Shown: positions 33,045 through 45,354 of the stretch, piece after piece | Numbering within the stretch: position 1 is the stretch's first letter | Layout of the letters: every line of letters begins with the position of its first letter | NCBI GenBank assembly: GCA_946965045.2 | Contig: OX337239.1 | Coordinates: 1,550,001-1,614,000 of the forward strand | Origin: Epithemia pelagica | Lineage: Eukaryota > Protista > Bacillariophyta | Direction of reading: 5' to 3' | Length of the DNA stretch: 64,000 nt | Position numbers and translations under genes: made by a program | The notes under the pieces: model-generated | Told to the model about the DNA's origin: nothing | The model's database searches: none | The model's input: only the letters and a program-made list of their open reading frames with translations

Positions 33045-33487
33045 GGTTGTCGACAACGATGAACAGCGAGAAAACAGAGCGGGTGACGCAGAATGATGGG
33101 GATAAAAAGCGATCTACAAGCGACTAGAGGTCGCTCTATGGAGGTTTCGGCTTCCGAATTCGGAACGAAAGCATTCTCTCACCATCACAGGGCCATCTGT
33201 TGGAATGCGAAGAAGACATCTGTTTGGCAGGTGTTGATCGTGTTGGCCATCACAATCACATTGCCGATAGAAGAGAGCAAGGAAGGAACGACAGGAGATT
33301 CGTTAGTTACTCTGGTGGCATACGGCAGAGAATCGAAGGCGGTTCGCCATCGTTGCAAGAGGACATTGTTTTGAGGAATCTTGAGAGGTCTTTGCTATCA
33401 CCACGATACGATACGCTTGATCTGATCTCCAATCATCTTTCAGCGACAAAAAGGCACAGAGGACTCGACGAGATTAAAAGCAAAAGA

Positions 33488-34408
33488 ATGACGCGAATCG
33501 GTCCTGCCAATGCTCTCGTCGCCTTGGTTTTCTGTTTTCCGTGGATGAACAATGTCCATGGTTGGTTGACTGGTCCAACCGTGGTGCTGAGGCATGGCAA
33601 AGTCTTTGCCAGAATACCCACCTTACTGAAATCTTCCAAGACACCTGAAAGTGATGGCACGGAAGAGAACGGAGAGGTGGAAGAAGAATGTGGTTCCGAA
33701 GAAGAATGCGAAATTAACTGGGACCTCATGCCTGGCTTTGGCGACGATGACGACGAAAGCGAGGAAACCAATGTTACTGTACCACAAGAGGAATCACCAG
33801 CCACAAGTGAGGGAGGAGATGACATGGAATCATCACCAGATGTGGAGGATGAGGCAGAGGCTCGCGCAGAAATGTCTTGTTCGGCGTCATCGTCTACCAT
33901 TGTCGAGTACAATGATTTTGAAAATGACATTGAATTCTCCACCATCCCACTTGTCCAAAACCAAGGACGCAAAACGGTAGGCTCTACACGGCCGAACAAG
34001 CAAGAATTGCGATCGCACGGTGGTAGTCAGGACAAGGCCCGTGATTGGAAGCATGGCATGGTTAGTATGGAGATGAATTGGCAAATGGCAGAAAGTAGCA
34101 AGGAATGCAACGTTGATGCACCGTCCACCTGTGGAGGCGAGGTTTGTCCGCATTGTCAAGGCCGAGGATGGAATGTTTGTCGCTTTTGTCGTGGCACGAG
34201 CTATTACAAGTTGGATGGCATGTCAGACTTTGCGCCCTGTCCCATTTGCAATCCAGGAGGTACGGGGAAGGAAGTCTGTTCTGCCTGTCAAGGTACCGGA
34301 TGGATTGCTGAGTGGACACAGTTGGCGGGTGGCGTGCACAGCAATAATCATCGACTGAAAAACGCCAAGGATGGTACGGACTCGAAGAGCGATTCGTTGC
34401 GGCCATGA
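33488..34408 (+). CDS. Plastid-type protein with an acidic region and DnaJ-type zinc-finger (CxxCxGxG) repeats
   Basis: Signal peptide ending VHG-W. Motifs CPHCQGRG, CRFCRGT, CPICNPGGTG, CSACQGTG. Confidence 0.8.
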   Translation: MTRIGPANALVALVFCFPWMNNVHGWLTGPTVVLRHGKVFARIPTLLKSSKTPESDGTEENGEVEEECGSEEECEINWDLMPGFGDDDDESEETNVTVPQEESPATSEGGDDMESSPDVEDEAEARAEMSCSASSSTIVEYNDFENDIEFSTIPLVQNQGRKTVGSTRPNKQELRSHGGSQDKARDWKHGMVSMEMNWQMAESSKECNVDAPSTCGGEVCPHCQGRGWNVCRFCRGTSYYKLDGMSDFAPCPICNPGGTGKEVCSACQGTGWIAEWTQLAGGVHSNNHRLKNAKDGTDSKSDSLRP

Positions 34409-34812
34409 GAAAAATTCAAAAAACAGACTGAAATGCCCGTAAAGGGGAACTACTGTTCGCTGAGTGATCAGGAAGGCAATTGAACGAAAATTCCTAAGTT
34501 TCGGCAGTTGAATCACCGTCTTTTTCTACAGAAGGCAAAAAACCACATGCAAACACCCATGGTCCATGGTGGACTTTGAATGCACACATTTTTTCTCGCC
34601 CCACCCAAACCAATGAATAATCCATATAGACAAGACATAATATTACACAGAGATTTACGCATGATCGACATGTATTATTTTTCTCAAGTTTGGAAAAGAG
34701 CAAATGGCATGACGTAACGTAGATCGATGAATCATTACTCTAGAACAAGCTCGGAACACAGTATCAAATTTGTATTGAAGGTGTAATGTGACTTTTCCCC
34801 TTCTCCTCCCTC

Positions 34813-35430
34813 TCACCCCAAAAGGGTTTGAATCATGTCTCGGATATCGTCTCGTTTCCAACCATAAAGAGTGATTGTTTCTTTGGCCTTATCTGCTATC
34901 ATGGTTTTCGACAATCGAGTGGACGACGAGACAGCAGGTAATCGTTCTTCCAGAAAATGTACTTCGGCCGGTGGTGCCCGAACCATCCAAAAATTGTTGA
35001 TGAATTGATCACCATCCACTGTTACACTAATCTTTTGCAATCGTGTTGATCCGCCAAGCTTTTGGACCAAATCATCCCAATCTTCACGCAAGACCATTTC
35101 CAACTCGGAATCCATTCCAGCATTTTGCGATTGCTGTTGCTGTGGTACCACCAATACAGCCGATTGATACGGCTTGCGCAAGCTTTGAGTGTCCTTGTAC
35201 GGTTGACAACAGTCACGACAATCAGCGACCACCGAGGAGGGCAACAAGTCGCAGGTTTGACAGGCCAATTGCCATGGATCAAACCCTCTTTGACGACATG
35301 AATTTTCCCATGCTTGACCTTTCAGATGCTCTGATCCATCTGCCGTTGGTTCGATGCTGGCCCTTACAAAGGCAGAAGCTGTGAAACAAACAACAAGCAG
35401 GATGAATCGAAACCAACCACCGTTGTTCAT
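34813..35430 (-). CDS. Selenoprotein F (Sep15)-like ER protein lacking the CxU motif
   Basis: Signal peptide. Cys-rich N-domain CRQRGF...CQTCDLL...CRDCC matches the SelF pattern, and the C-terminal TLYGWKRDDIRDMI is similar to the SelF tail. Confidence 0.75.
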   Translation of the reverse strand: MNNGGWFRFILLVVCFTASAFVRASIEPTADGSEHLKGQAWENSCRQRGFDPWQLACQTCDLLPSSVVADCRDCCQPYKDTQSLRKPYQSAVLVVPQQQQSQNAGMDSELEMVLREDWDDLVQKLGGSTRLQKISVTVDGDQFINNFWMVRAPPAEVHFLEERLPAVSSSTRLSKTMIADKAKETITLYGWKRDDIRDMIQTLLG

Positions 35431-35665
35431 GGTCCAAACTCTTTGTAAGGAGAGAAAGGGGCGGATGTTTGATTTTTTTATGTGTACCCCTTTTAGGTTC
35501 AACCCCTTAAAAAAGGGGGTTGTAATGGAAACTACGGTACCTACCTAAGCAAGACTCTTGTGCCCTATTGCGTAGGAGTACTCCTCTAGGATCCGTAAGT
35601 TTGACGACGACTCTCCAGACACTAGCTTTACCAATGGACCTCGCAGAGACGAGACTATCATGGTG

Positions 35666-36814
35666 TTAGTTTTGTTCTCTTTGTCGGCTGCGAGGTTGTC
35701 TGGAATCCGCGTACTGTTGCGTTCTTCGGAGAAGCTTCGCGCCTAGGGCCACCCAATCGACATTCGATTCTTGTGGCAATGGTCGTTTCAAACTGTTCAC
35801 TGTTGGGGACCCCGCCAATCGTTTGCTTGGACCAGGAGCTCTTGTATCGTTTCGTAGATCTTGTTGAAGTTTCTTTTCCAGTTCGCATGGACCAGGATCC
35901 CTTTGTCCAGGTATGGCGTTCAGACGTCCTCCCCATGGATGTTGTTCGGATCGCGCTTCTGCTTCGAGACAAAGGCGAGTCATGTCTTCATCCGGTAGCA
36001 AGGGAACATTTCCAAGCAAATCTTGAAAGAATGGGGACCGAACTGGACTTACGACCTGCAACAGGTGACGCCGAATGGGCACACTAAAGGCTCTCAGCAA
36101 CTCCAATGAGAAGGGCTCCGAGCCAAATTGTTGCGTACATTCCTCATGCACCTGAGCGGGAGACTTTTCTTGCCAATCTCGGATGCGGCGTCCACAATCC
36201 AAGAGGTTTGAGAAAACACCCAATTCTGCCCGACGTTTCAAAAGCAGGGGTTGTTGTTGTGGTGATGGTTCCTGGAGCCAATAATAGGATGCATGTGGGG
36301 AGGGTGTTGAGGCAATCCAAAACCCTCGGCCATTGCTTCGCGTGGGATCCAAGCAAACATTGCGCAAACTGAAGATGACTACATGCACCCTTGGCAAATG
36401 GGGATGATAGGCATTTGGCAAGAGGTAGCCCTCCAGAATGGCATGTTTATAGTAGTCCCGTTCAGATGAGCGATCAACAGTAGTAGTATCGTGTTCAGAG
36501 GGTGGTGACAGGTTCAGAATGGTGGGAAATTCATCCGATTCGGGCAATGGAACACAACGATAGCTGCCCAAGGGTCCAGAACAAGAAGCGACGTTGGGTT
36601 TTGAACGCTCAGGATCAGCTGATGATGTTCCGGGAGCATCTCCTGACGATTGATCAATGGTTTCATCCTCTCTTGTTGAGACAAACGACGACGGGACCAT
36701 ATGCGCAGGTACTCTTAGGGACCACTGCGTGATATAGCGGTATCGATAATTTTGGTCGAATTCATCATCCAAATAGCCTTCGTGAAATTTTTCTTGATCG
36801 TACTTGCCTTCCAA
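35666..36814 (-). CDS. Uncharacterised protein, possible RFTS (DNMT1 replication-foci)-like domain; 5' exon(s) probably upstream at about 36940-37060
   Basis: 382-aa ORF. FWIAS...YYWLQEPS resembles the RFTS core. The upstream splice phase could not be resolved. Confidence 0.6.
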   Translation of the reverse strand: MEGKYDQEKFHEGYLDDEFDQNYRYRYITQWSLRVPAHMVPSSFVSTREDETIDQSSGDAPGTSSADPERSKPNVASCSGPLGSYRCVPLPESDEFPTILNLSPPSEHDTTTVDRSSERDYYKHAILEGYLLPNAYHPHLPRVHVVIFSLRNVCLDPTRSNGRGFWIASTPSPHASYYWLQEPSPQQQPLLLKRRAELGVFSNLLDCGRRIRDWQEKSPAQVHEECTQQFGSEPFSLELLRAFSVPIRRHLLQVVSPVRSPFFQDLLGNVPLLPDEDMTRLCLEAEARSEQHPWGGRLNAIPGQRDPGPCELEKKLQQDLRNDTRAPGPSKRLAGSPTVNSLKRPLPQESNVDWVALGAKLLRRTQQYADSRQPRSRQREQN

Positions 36815-37600
36815 CTCTAACTTAATCTTGGTGATACAGGGAGAATGACAAACGTTGAGTAGGAGTGAGACAATATATTAAGGCTTTGGAACCAACTCGT
36901 CGGTCCTTCCAGAAAGCCAGTGATTGTTGGCTCACCCATTTTTGAAGCCATGTGCTATTGTGGGACAACGATAACAGATCTTCATCTTTTCACTGACCTC
37001 ATCTTCGGAATAAAGTCGTTTGGAAAGAGGTTTGCGGCCGTCGTGGTTGATGCTCGTCATGGTTGGATATCCCAGAACATGGGACTGTCAAATTCGGTAA
37101 AATTTTCTATCAAATCGCTGAATTCAGCAAAAAAAAAACAGATGGGGACTTTAGGCCATAAGCCTCATCGTCTTCTTTGGGACAAGAAGTGACGTGGTAA
37201 ACTTTGATTATACGGGGGTTTGTGATTCGATCATAGTTCAAACCGCTCGAGAAGTAAGCATACCCATCAAGATCAAGATCATCTCACCCTCATTTTGTTC
37301 TTCGTTCGTGTGGCGTTTTGATTGTGATATCACCGCAGAAAGCTTGAGCGACTTGAGACTCATCTGGAATTGCCTTCGGATATCATACGTCTCTTGTGTG
37401 GATTGGGTCGTTGGTTTGTGCTCATTGCAACGCACGGATCGTTGCGTAGATATAGAGTAGGTGAATCTCCAAACACGAGCCTGAGCCAGAGGATCAAAAA
37501 AAAGTTCGCTTGTGGTGACCCATATCCTAGAAATCGTACCTCCGCCCAACGCAAACGCGGTTGACTTAAGGGAAGGAACAAAACCCACATTCGAGACACC

Positions 37601-39487
37601 ATGGCGGCGCTGAATCGACCCACGACGGCCAATTACGAAGTTCATGAAAATGTTCGAGTGGATACACAAGGTTCGTAGTGTGGACGATTCAACGATGGAT
37701 TGGGTTATACCTTTGCTTTGCTTGATTATACTCACTGGATATTTTAATTCTTTCCCTTCTTCTTACTTTGACAGACAATGAAGATCATACGTTTTGGTAT
37801 GTTTAAACGCGTCAATGGAACTTGTCTGAGTGGATGCAGACAAGAATTTTTCACTCACATTCTGTGCTATCGTGTCGATTTTAGTGGCGTTTTGTTTCCC
37901 ATTCGGATAAAGGAAGATCTACCAGTATCAAAGATTGTATTATATTCGGTTGCTGTCCGAGGACGACTCGGTCCCATGACGGTATGGGTCAGCAACGAAG
38001 ATGCTCCAACCGGTACTCCAGGACACCGAGGCGACGCTGCTACGAATAACAACAACAATGAGCCGGACGGCAATGGACCCCCTCGACGGGGAGGTAATTT
38101 TCATTTTCGCTTACGGCGGCGAGATTGGACCAAGGTGTACGAGCAAGTACATGCTCCATCTGTGCGACAATACCAAAAATTGGATTTTTCAGACAATCCG
38201 GTCATTCTTAAGCCTGGAACGGTTCGAGCCATTTACATTCATTCCAAATTACCGGGTGATGAAGCCATTGTTTATGACAACACCCGACACAACTTTCAAC
38301 CCTTTGGTGGAGGAGGACATTGGGGCCGGCGACCCATGGCCATGTCGCGACGTCACGAACCCAACGCCAGTCGATACCAGGATGATATGATTGCCATTTA
38401 CACGGGCAAGGCGCATTTATCGACGGTGCCTTTTGGACAAACCAATATTTGGGGCTGGGACAATGCCTGGCGTGATTACCGTGAATTTGTGGGCCAATTG
38501 CACTACGGCACCGTCTTTCAGCTATGGCAACCAAGTGTACACGTTCAGTTTGGTTCCTTGTTTGATAAATGTGCCCGCACGTTGTTTGGGTTACAGAGAA
38601 GATGGGACTCCCCAATCAGTATGTTGCCTGACGAATGTATCTTTTACATCCTGAATATGTGTAGGTGGGATTGGTTTGAAGATAAGAGTTCGGAGTTGAA
38701 AGAGAAACGGCGACAACGAGAAGCTCGACTACGAGCCATTGATCAACAGAGACAGGAGGAAACACAAGAAGCTCAACAGCAACGTCAAGATACGCAAGTT
38801 ACTAACTACCACGCGCAACAACCAGTTACGGAACAAGTTACCACTTCTACTATGGACCGACCTTGCACGAATCGCGAGAATGCCATCCCAGTGGCGGCTT
38901 CATCGTCATCATCTTGTGCTTTGCAACAGGAAAGGGCAGTTGATGATAGCGGATTCTTTGATGCTCAGCAAGAAATGAGTGAGGCTCAAAATGCAAGCCC
39001 AGAAACTGAGCGTATGGAGACGTCCAGCAGAACATTGGGACATGACGCAGGAGCTAACGATGACGGAGATGAGGAAGAAGACGATGACGAGGACTACAAC
39101 GCAAGTGATGACGATGCTATGATGGATGAAGATGAGGAGTTGGAAGAGGAAGATCAGGACCAAGAAGACGACGAAGAAGATGATGAAGAAAATGAAATAG
39201 ACATGGATGGTTCCCAGCCAGATGAAGACGATGACGACGATGACGACGATGAGTGGGACCGAGCCAATGGATACCGAGCCAACCCATCCTTTTTGACTTT
39301 GCGTTATGCTTCTTCGGATGAAGAGGACGAAGCTGTGGACGACGAGGACGTAGATGAAGAAGAAGAACAAGAGAGCCGACATGCGTGGTTCCGACGCCAT
39401 TTCGCACGAATACACATTTTGCGAGCGCTGGCTCAAGCCGAGAATGAAACCGACGATGACAGAGTAGTGATCATGCATCTTGATTGA
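37601..39487 (+). CDS. Uncharacterised protein with an acidic C-terminal tail; exons 37601-37670, 37775-37796, 37885-39487
   Basis: GT-AG introns give a continuous DTQDNEDHTFCGVLFP. Motifs VRGRLGP, FVGQLHYG and LPDECIFYILNMC; D/E-rich tail. Confidence 0.8.
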
Positions 39488-40262
39488 CGGCGTTGCTTGA
39501 CTATTATTGAGAGTACATCGGTCGAGGCTCAGGTGAGGTATCGTCTTGGAAATTGAATACTAGGCTGTCACTGTTCAGGATCTCTATGTGGATTTCTATC
39601 CATGCTCGAACGACGAGTAAAACCGTACTTTTCCAGTGCTTGAAGAACGTGGATTAGATCAAAGTTTTAATCATAACTAATTCTTTATGCTTCCCAGTAG
39701 ATGTCTCAATTCACATCCTCTCATATTTCACATTAAAATTCGCAGTTCTCAGTTGCTTCAGATGTTCTCCACATCAATCATTCTCAATTTATTCTACGAT
39801 TCTGTTTTGGTCTCGCAAGTGTTCAGAAACTTGATCCAAATATCTGACCACAATGCCGAGTCTTGCCCAAATGCATCTGCCATGAATTGAAAGTTTACTA
39901 ATAAATCCATGTCCAGAAGATTCTTGATATCATCCAGCAGCGTCAGGAGTTTAGTTCTTTCCACTCTTTAGAGTCGATCACACACTTGTCGATTCTACCT
40001 AGGCGCTTCCCCATCGTGCGGTGTACGTCGCCTTCCTATTCGTTGCTGTCCGCCCCCACGACCAGGGTCACTCTCTGTCTCTATCGACTATCGATACCAC
40101 TTTCGCCTTGCACAGCTCTTTGCTTTCTTGGCTACAGCCTACGTGGCGCCATTTCTGCCACCGGCACCTAGTTTTGTACTCCTACCTCCTACACTTACCA
40201 ATAATGACCAGACATTGACGAATTGACGACGGACACAGTTAAAGCAGTTTGGAGTAAGGTTA

Positions 40263-40825
40263 CCTACCCTCCTGAAAGAAAATAGTGCACGATTATAGAA
40301 AAAAAACGATATCTCAACGAGCAAACGTCCTTTTTTCCTAAAATTTTTTTCCCTAGAAAGCTCTACTCATTAGCTCTATATTGGTGTATTACTTATATGT
40401 TCGATTCTTGCAAGGGGATGAGATATGACCGTTCAAAAGGCGCCATTTCGAGCTTTGCTTTTCAGTGCCCACCGGTTGAGACTTCTATGGCGCCTATGAA
40501 CACGTCCTCTTCAGGGCGGCCCCCCAGGGCATCAAACAGTAGGAATATGCGTGCAACTGACAAGATTCGTGCCATTTCCATGCTGAATTCCATGGTCAAC
40601 GACGGCACCTTTGGCCATGGTTCTGCTCACTCGTCGCACACAAAAGTTGTACTTTTCCTATAATAGTGTAGACTCGCGCATATGTTCATCTACGAAATCA
40701 GGGTGGAGTTCGACTCCGAATGAGCCAGCCGTCCTCCTGTAGGTTTGTACCAGAGCCTACGAGAGTTTTTAACGCGACTAAAATAACCAAAAAAAAATCG
40801 TGCACTATTTTCTTTCAGGAGGGAG
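40263..40825 (+). mobile_element. Stowaway-like MITE / internally deleted mariner
   Basis: About 30-bp TIRs (ccctcctgaaagaaaatagtgcacgatt) with flanking TA; the left end is slightly degenerate. Internal peptide RNMRATDKIRAISML...GTFGHG resembles the N-terminus of the transposase at 42836-44206. Confidence 0.75.
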
Positions 40826-42472
40826 TAGATGTTTGATGATAGATGATAGCATTATTTCTGAGGTAGTTTTCTTTGTGTCTCAAAAAATTTCTCGTTTCTC
40901 CGAAATCTGGGCGAAATGAAGAATGAAGAAGGTTGCATGTTTTCTATGCTCTTTGCTATCAAACTTCCCGCAGCAGTTTCGGGATCCATTCTCCAATCGT
41001 TTTCGATTATTCTTCTGCTTGACTTTTAGAAACTTCCGGCTCAAGTCGTAAGCAACGGCACATCGTAAATCATACCACGAATACCCTGTAAGCATTACGT
41101 CAAGCCAATGGAAGGATTTTTGAATAGCCCGTGAGACGCAATACTGCCGTAACTGACTCCTAACTACTCCCATGCGTGAGAAACTATCAATTCCTTTAAC
41201 CTTATGATTAAAAATATGATAGTTCTCTCCAGGATGTAACATTTTGTTGACGTCGAGGGTCGTCGCTAGTCGCCACTGGTAGCCTGGTAGTTGGTAGTCT
41301 ACTAGCCGCTTCTCGGGGAGGACAATTGAAAAAATAGCTCCGAATAGCAACTAGCTAGCAACAAGCTATTGACTTGTGTGTGTTCGTCGTCCGTGTAACT
41401 TTGCTTTTGAGTAGATAGGGTAAAGTTAGTTTTTAGATTGTAGCCACTCAATCCTAGCTCTTCTAGCTGGCTACAAGCTCGTAGCTACGATACAGATTTT
41501 TTTGTACAGCACAAATGCCAGAAGAAGGCCGAGGATTAACAGGGGCGCCACCAGCCACCACACCAATACCAGCTAGCTATAGATCCTAATAAAGAGTACT
41601 TAGTTCCTACTACCCCCAAGCAGGGGTGAGTCAGTCACGCGTGATTGGATGCACGATGTGCATCCGTATACTCACCCCCTTGGCTCGACCTGTTCGCTCT
41701 CGACATTGATACAAATTTCATTCTACCTCCACGCATCCATTACGGTGGTGGAGGTGCAGAGGTATCCAAACGACCTACAACATGTCTTCTTCTTCCCATA
41801 AACGTCAGAAGCTTTCTCAGAAGCAAGTCCGAGAAGCCTATGAAGGTCAACTGGCATCAAGCCAGTCGGTGGCATCTGCAAGAGAAGATTTTGATGCTGG
41901 CATCGCCGAAACCAACAACACTCCTGCATCCCAGCAGGCCCGTTCCTCCTCAACCCCCGGTATCGCGTCGTTTCGCCCTCATTCCTCCGTTGCCGCTGGT
42001 GGTATTGACGCCATTGGTGCGAATGTCCCATACAAAACTCCTTTGGCAAACCGACAGGCACAACAACCACAATCAAGAAATCTCATCTTGCTGGTTGTCC
42101 ATGCCTGTGAATGGGCAAAATGGAGGCAACACTGAGTACGCAGAAGTGTCCTAGGTAGTATGGGACAGCTTACAATGGCTTGGGTGCAGTTGGAGAACCT
42201 TCAGGGCGGATGCAATCGACCTCCCTTGTTTGGCACCGTGGTGGATGCGTTGAGGTAAAATGCGATTTGTATCAATGTCGGAAAATCGCCAATTTTAGGT
42301 GGTCGAGCCAAGGGGGTGAGTATACGGATGTACCTTTAGGTACGACCTATGTGCGACCTGGACTTACCCCTGCTTGGGGGTATAGTTCCTACTACTCCTA
42401 CCCTTTTATCTATTATAGTCCACAGCTTGCACCTTGCACCGCAGACCGCAGTGACCATTTCTTATGCAACTA

Positions 42473-44405
42473 CTCCCTCTGGACCGTATTTGTGGAACGC
42501 GCGACCAACGAGTAAAATTAGTCGCCTTAATACATCACGTAGACCCTGGTACAAACCTACGGGGAACTGGCCGGCTCATTCGGAGTCGAATTTTAGAGAT
42601 GAACATACCACGAGACACGTGCCTAAAACTCATCCTAGTCTTCAACACCAACTCCCCATCGGTATGAACGCTCATTTGTCTCCCTCCACCAGCCACACAA
42701 AACAAACAACACGAACAAACAAACCCTTCCTAATATCAAATGCTGTCCTATGGTGACAATCAATGGCCGTAGCCCCTGGCCGCCTCCTGTCTCACTTGGA
42801 GGTCGGCCAGGTATTCAATAGATATACTAGTGTCATTAGGAGTCTATATGCAAATTGTTGTTTGAAGGATGTGAGTAGGCATCGGTCACCTCCAGAACAA
42901 GGGGGAGCTCTCCTCTCCTTTCAAGTGCTTCCTTGCTCATATGGGGAATTGCATAATCATTGCCACCCTCCTGCTCAATAATGCAATTGAAACAAGATTG
43001 TAATGTCAGCCAGGTATGATTCAGTTTTTCTCTTGGGTATTCCTCGTAGGCTTTTTGAACTCCTTCAATCAACAGCTTCTCATCCGATCCAACAATCAAA
43101 CTATAGCTTTGGATTGCTTGAAAGAAACCCAAGTCGCATATATTAGTGTCTGGGCTGTTGGCTGCCTGTGTGTAGAACTCTGCATTGATTCCTTTCTCTT
43201 TCATTGCCTTGAGAAACTCAACAAAATGTGGATCATTCTCCTCAATGTGGCTTTTTGCACCGTCTTGTTGAAGTCTGATTTTCCTTCTGTTCCTGTCCCC
43301 TTCAGGCCACTTACATAGAATAGCATCCATCAATTCTTCCATCAGTAGGTCCCTGTACACCTTTCTTGTGATTGTCTGGTTTTTCCACACGCGGGTGCCC
43401 TTTGGCCTGTTCACGGAAGAGCGTTGCGCCGGAACCCACTTTCCAACAGGCCAAATGCCAAGCTTTCCATCCCACCAAGCATTCATAGAAGGCACAAAAC
43501 GAGGTCGGGCGACAGCACATAGGAACATTACCTTGGTGATGTGTGATTTGTGTTTACATGACCGGTATGGCTTTGGTTCATCATCCGTTAGCAAGAAACG
43601 CTGTCCGTCGCGCGACACATGAAACCATTTTTCGTCCAAATGAATCAAATCCATCATATCCTGGTACTCACCGGGCTTAGTCTTACTGATAAAAGAAGTT
43701 GCCATGAGGTATCTGGACAGCTTGTTTGTTTCTGTGAGGTATGGACGCAATGAGTTGGTGTGAGACTTCAGAATGCCTCTTTCTTTCCATCGTTGCACAG
43801 TTCCCTTGCCAACATCCAACTCGGCGGAGAGTTTTCTCTGTGTTGTTCGACGAAGTAGAGGGATTGATTTAACGGCCTCCCTAACGATCGGAGACAAATA
43901 GATACGCTTTCGTCCGCGCCTGCAAGCCTTGGATCGCATTTCTGGTGAGTTAATTACGCCCGACACACGAGTCAGCTTGGCACGCGCCCAAAGTTTACTT
44001 ATAGCGGATCTGTGAACACCAAATTTTTTGGCGACATCTGAAATGGCACCATGAGGAAGCTTGCCATTTTTAGCCACGGCCAGGAGAAGCACCATGGCAC
44101 GTCCACGGTCTTGGGGACGCATTTCCCTTCTCTTTGGACCCCCCTGGGCCTCCCCTAGAAGGGCTGGGTCTTGAAAGGAGTCAGGGGGCATGAACCGGTA
44201 CGGCAAAGTTCGACAAGTTTTTTTGGTGTGCTTTAGTTCCCTCGTATGGCTCCAGAAATGAGAGATCGAACATACAAATTATACATGGAAATGTAGGTCT
44301 TGGAAAGACTGACCGATCTATACAATTTTTAGTATAAACGGACATAAGCCCGTAAAATTACAGTATTTTTTTTCAATTCGCGACACAATTTCGGTCCAGA
44401 GGGAG
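42473..44405 (-). mobile_element. Tc1/mariner element of the plant-type (Stowaway-related, DD39D-like) family
   Basis: TIRs CTCCCTCTGGACCG..., TA TSD at 42471-42472 and 44406-44407, intact transposase ORF. Confidence 0.95.
42836..44206 (-). CDS. Mariner-type DDD transposase (456 aa)
   Basis: HTH region, then LDEKWF, KVMFLCAVARPR, QQDGAKSH, NSPDTNICDLGFF. Confidence 0.95.
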   Translation of the reverse strand: MPYRFMPPDSFQDPALLGEAQGGPKRREMRPQDRGRAMVLLLAVAKNGKLPHGAISDVAKKFGVHRSAISKLWARAKLTRVSGVINSPEMRSKACRRGRKRIYLSPIVREAVKSIPLLRRTTQRKLSAELDVGKGTVQRWKERGILKSHTNSLRPYLTETNKLSRYLMATSFISKTKPGEYQDMMDLIHLDEKWFHVSRDGQRFLLTDDEPKPYRSCKHKSHITKVMFLCAVARPRFVPSMNAWWDGKLGIWPVGKWVPAQRSSVNRPKGTRVWKNQTITRKVYRDLLMEELMDAILCKWPEGDRNRRKIRLQQDGAKSHIEENDPHFVEFLKAMKEKGINAEFYTQAANSPDTNICDLGFFQAIQSYSLIVGSDEKLLIEGVQKAYEEYPREKLNHTWLTLQSCFNCIIEQEGGNDYAIPHMSKEALERRGELPLVLEVTDAYSHPSNNNLHIDS

Positions 44406-45354
44406 TACTAGCAAGTCTTGCAGGCTCAGCTACAAGCTGAGTTCAAGCCGAATGTCAACGACGTAGAGCTTAGTAGGAAATCTACGTATATCACGCCAGC
44501 CATCTTTGTTAATATAGCCCTTATAATTATGCCTCTCATGTGAAAAGTGCTTCCTAAACTCGACAATCTCGCGTTCCCCCAGAAAAACTTCGTTTTGCAC
44601 GAGACTATCGTGCGTGGGGTGCATCCGATGATCATGTTGTTGTGGATGATGCCAACCGTTTGAGCTGTTGCCCCATTGGTGGTGGTCGAATAACACCCTA
44701 AGGCACCTGAATGCAGCTCGGCAACAAGGTACGCGGTTGGGACGGCCCTCCACCGACCCTCCACCGACCCTCCACCATGGTCAACACAGTCGACTGTTTT
44801 TTCGTAATTTTTGATGAAAATCTAGCGTTCGGAAGAAATCACACATAACACTAAAGGTAATAAAATATTTCTTGCAACCACTAGGGCGTCGCGTGTCGGA
44901 CATTAGAAACGCGAAGCGCTATCGAGGATTACTCCTCTGGTACAAATTCTACAGGGGCCTACGTCGTTGATGTAAACTCTGACAAATCACTACAATACAC
45001 GGAATACGGAATGATGTGAGTAGTGTGCTGTTATGTGCTCTCTACCGTAATTTGCGGATTCCTGTCCCCCCTATAGTCCTGTCCCCCCCACTCCCCTTAA
45101 ACGTACATGGATTCGCCATTAGAGGTCCGCAGAAACAAGGACAGCAGACAGACTAAACCTTAACTCTACTGTGTGAAGTCTACCGCCCGTCTCACCTGCC
45201 ACGCGTCTAAGTAATCCTTCCATTGGAAGGGCCGGCGTCGAAATGACAGTTGGTGGTTGGCGTCACGATTCAAATTTCGGATGCTCTCATCTCGTCGCAA
45301 AAAATCTTGACATCGAACCATGAAACATGAACCATGAAGCGAAAGAATCGAAGC

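Noticed and set aside
39690-40010. Protein-like minus-strand stretch (LLTLLDDIKNLLDMD...)
   Set aside because: Interrupted by stops and unassignable.
40880-41350. 156-aa minus-strand ORF
   Set aside because: No recognisable domain and lies among TE relics.
41782-42135. 117-aa plus-strand ORF and neighbours
   Set aside because: Low complexity, with no family motif or splice support; possibly a TE fragment.
44426-44770. Short ORFs and an 11-bp x3 tandem (ccctccaccga)
   Set aside because: No homology recognisable by eye.
45155-45165. TTAA inside both piggyBac TIRs as a possible true end
   Set aside because: The inverted repeat continues about 50 bp beyond it, so it is internal to the TIR rather than a TSD.
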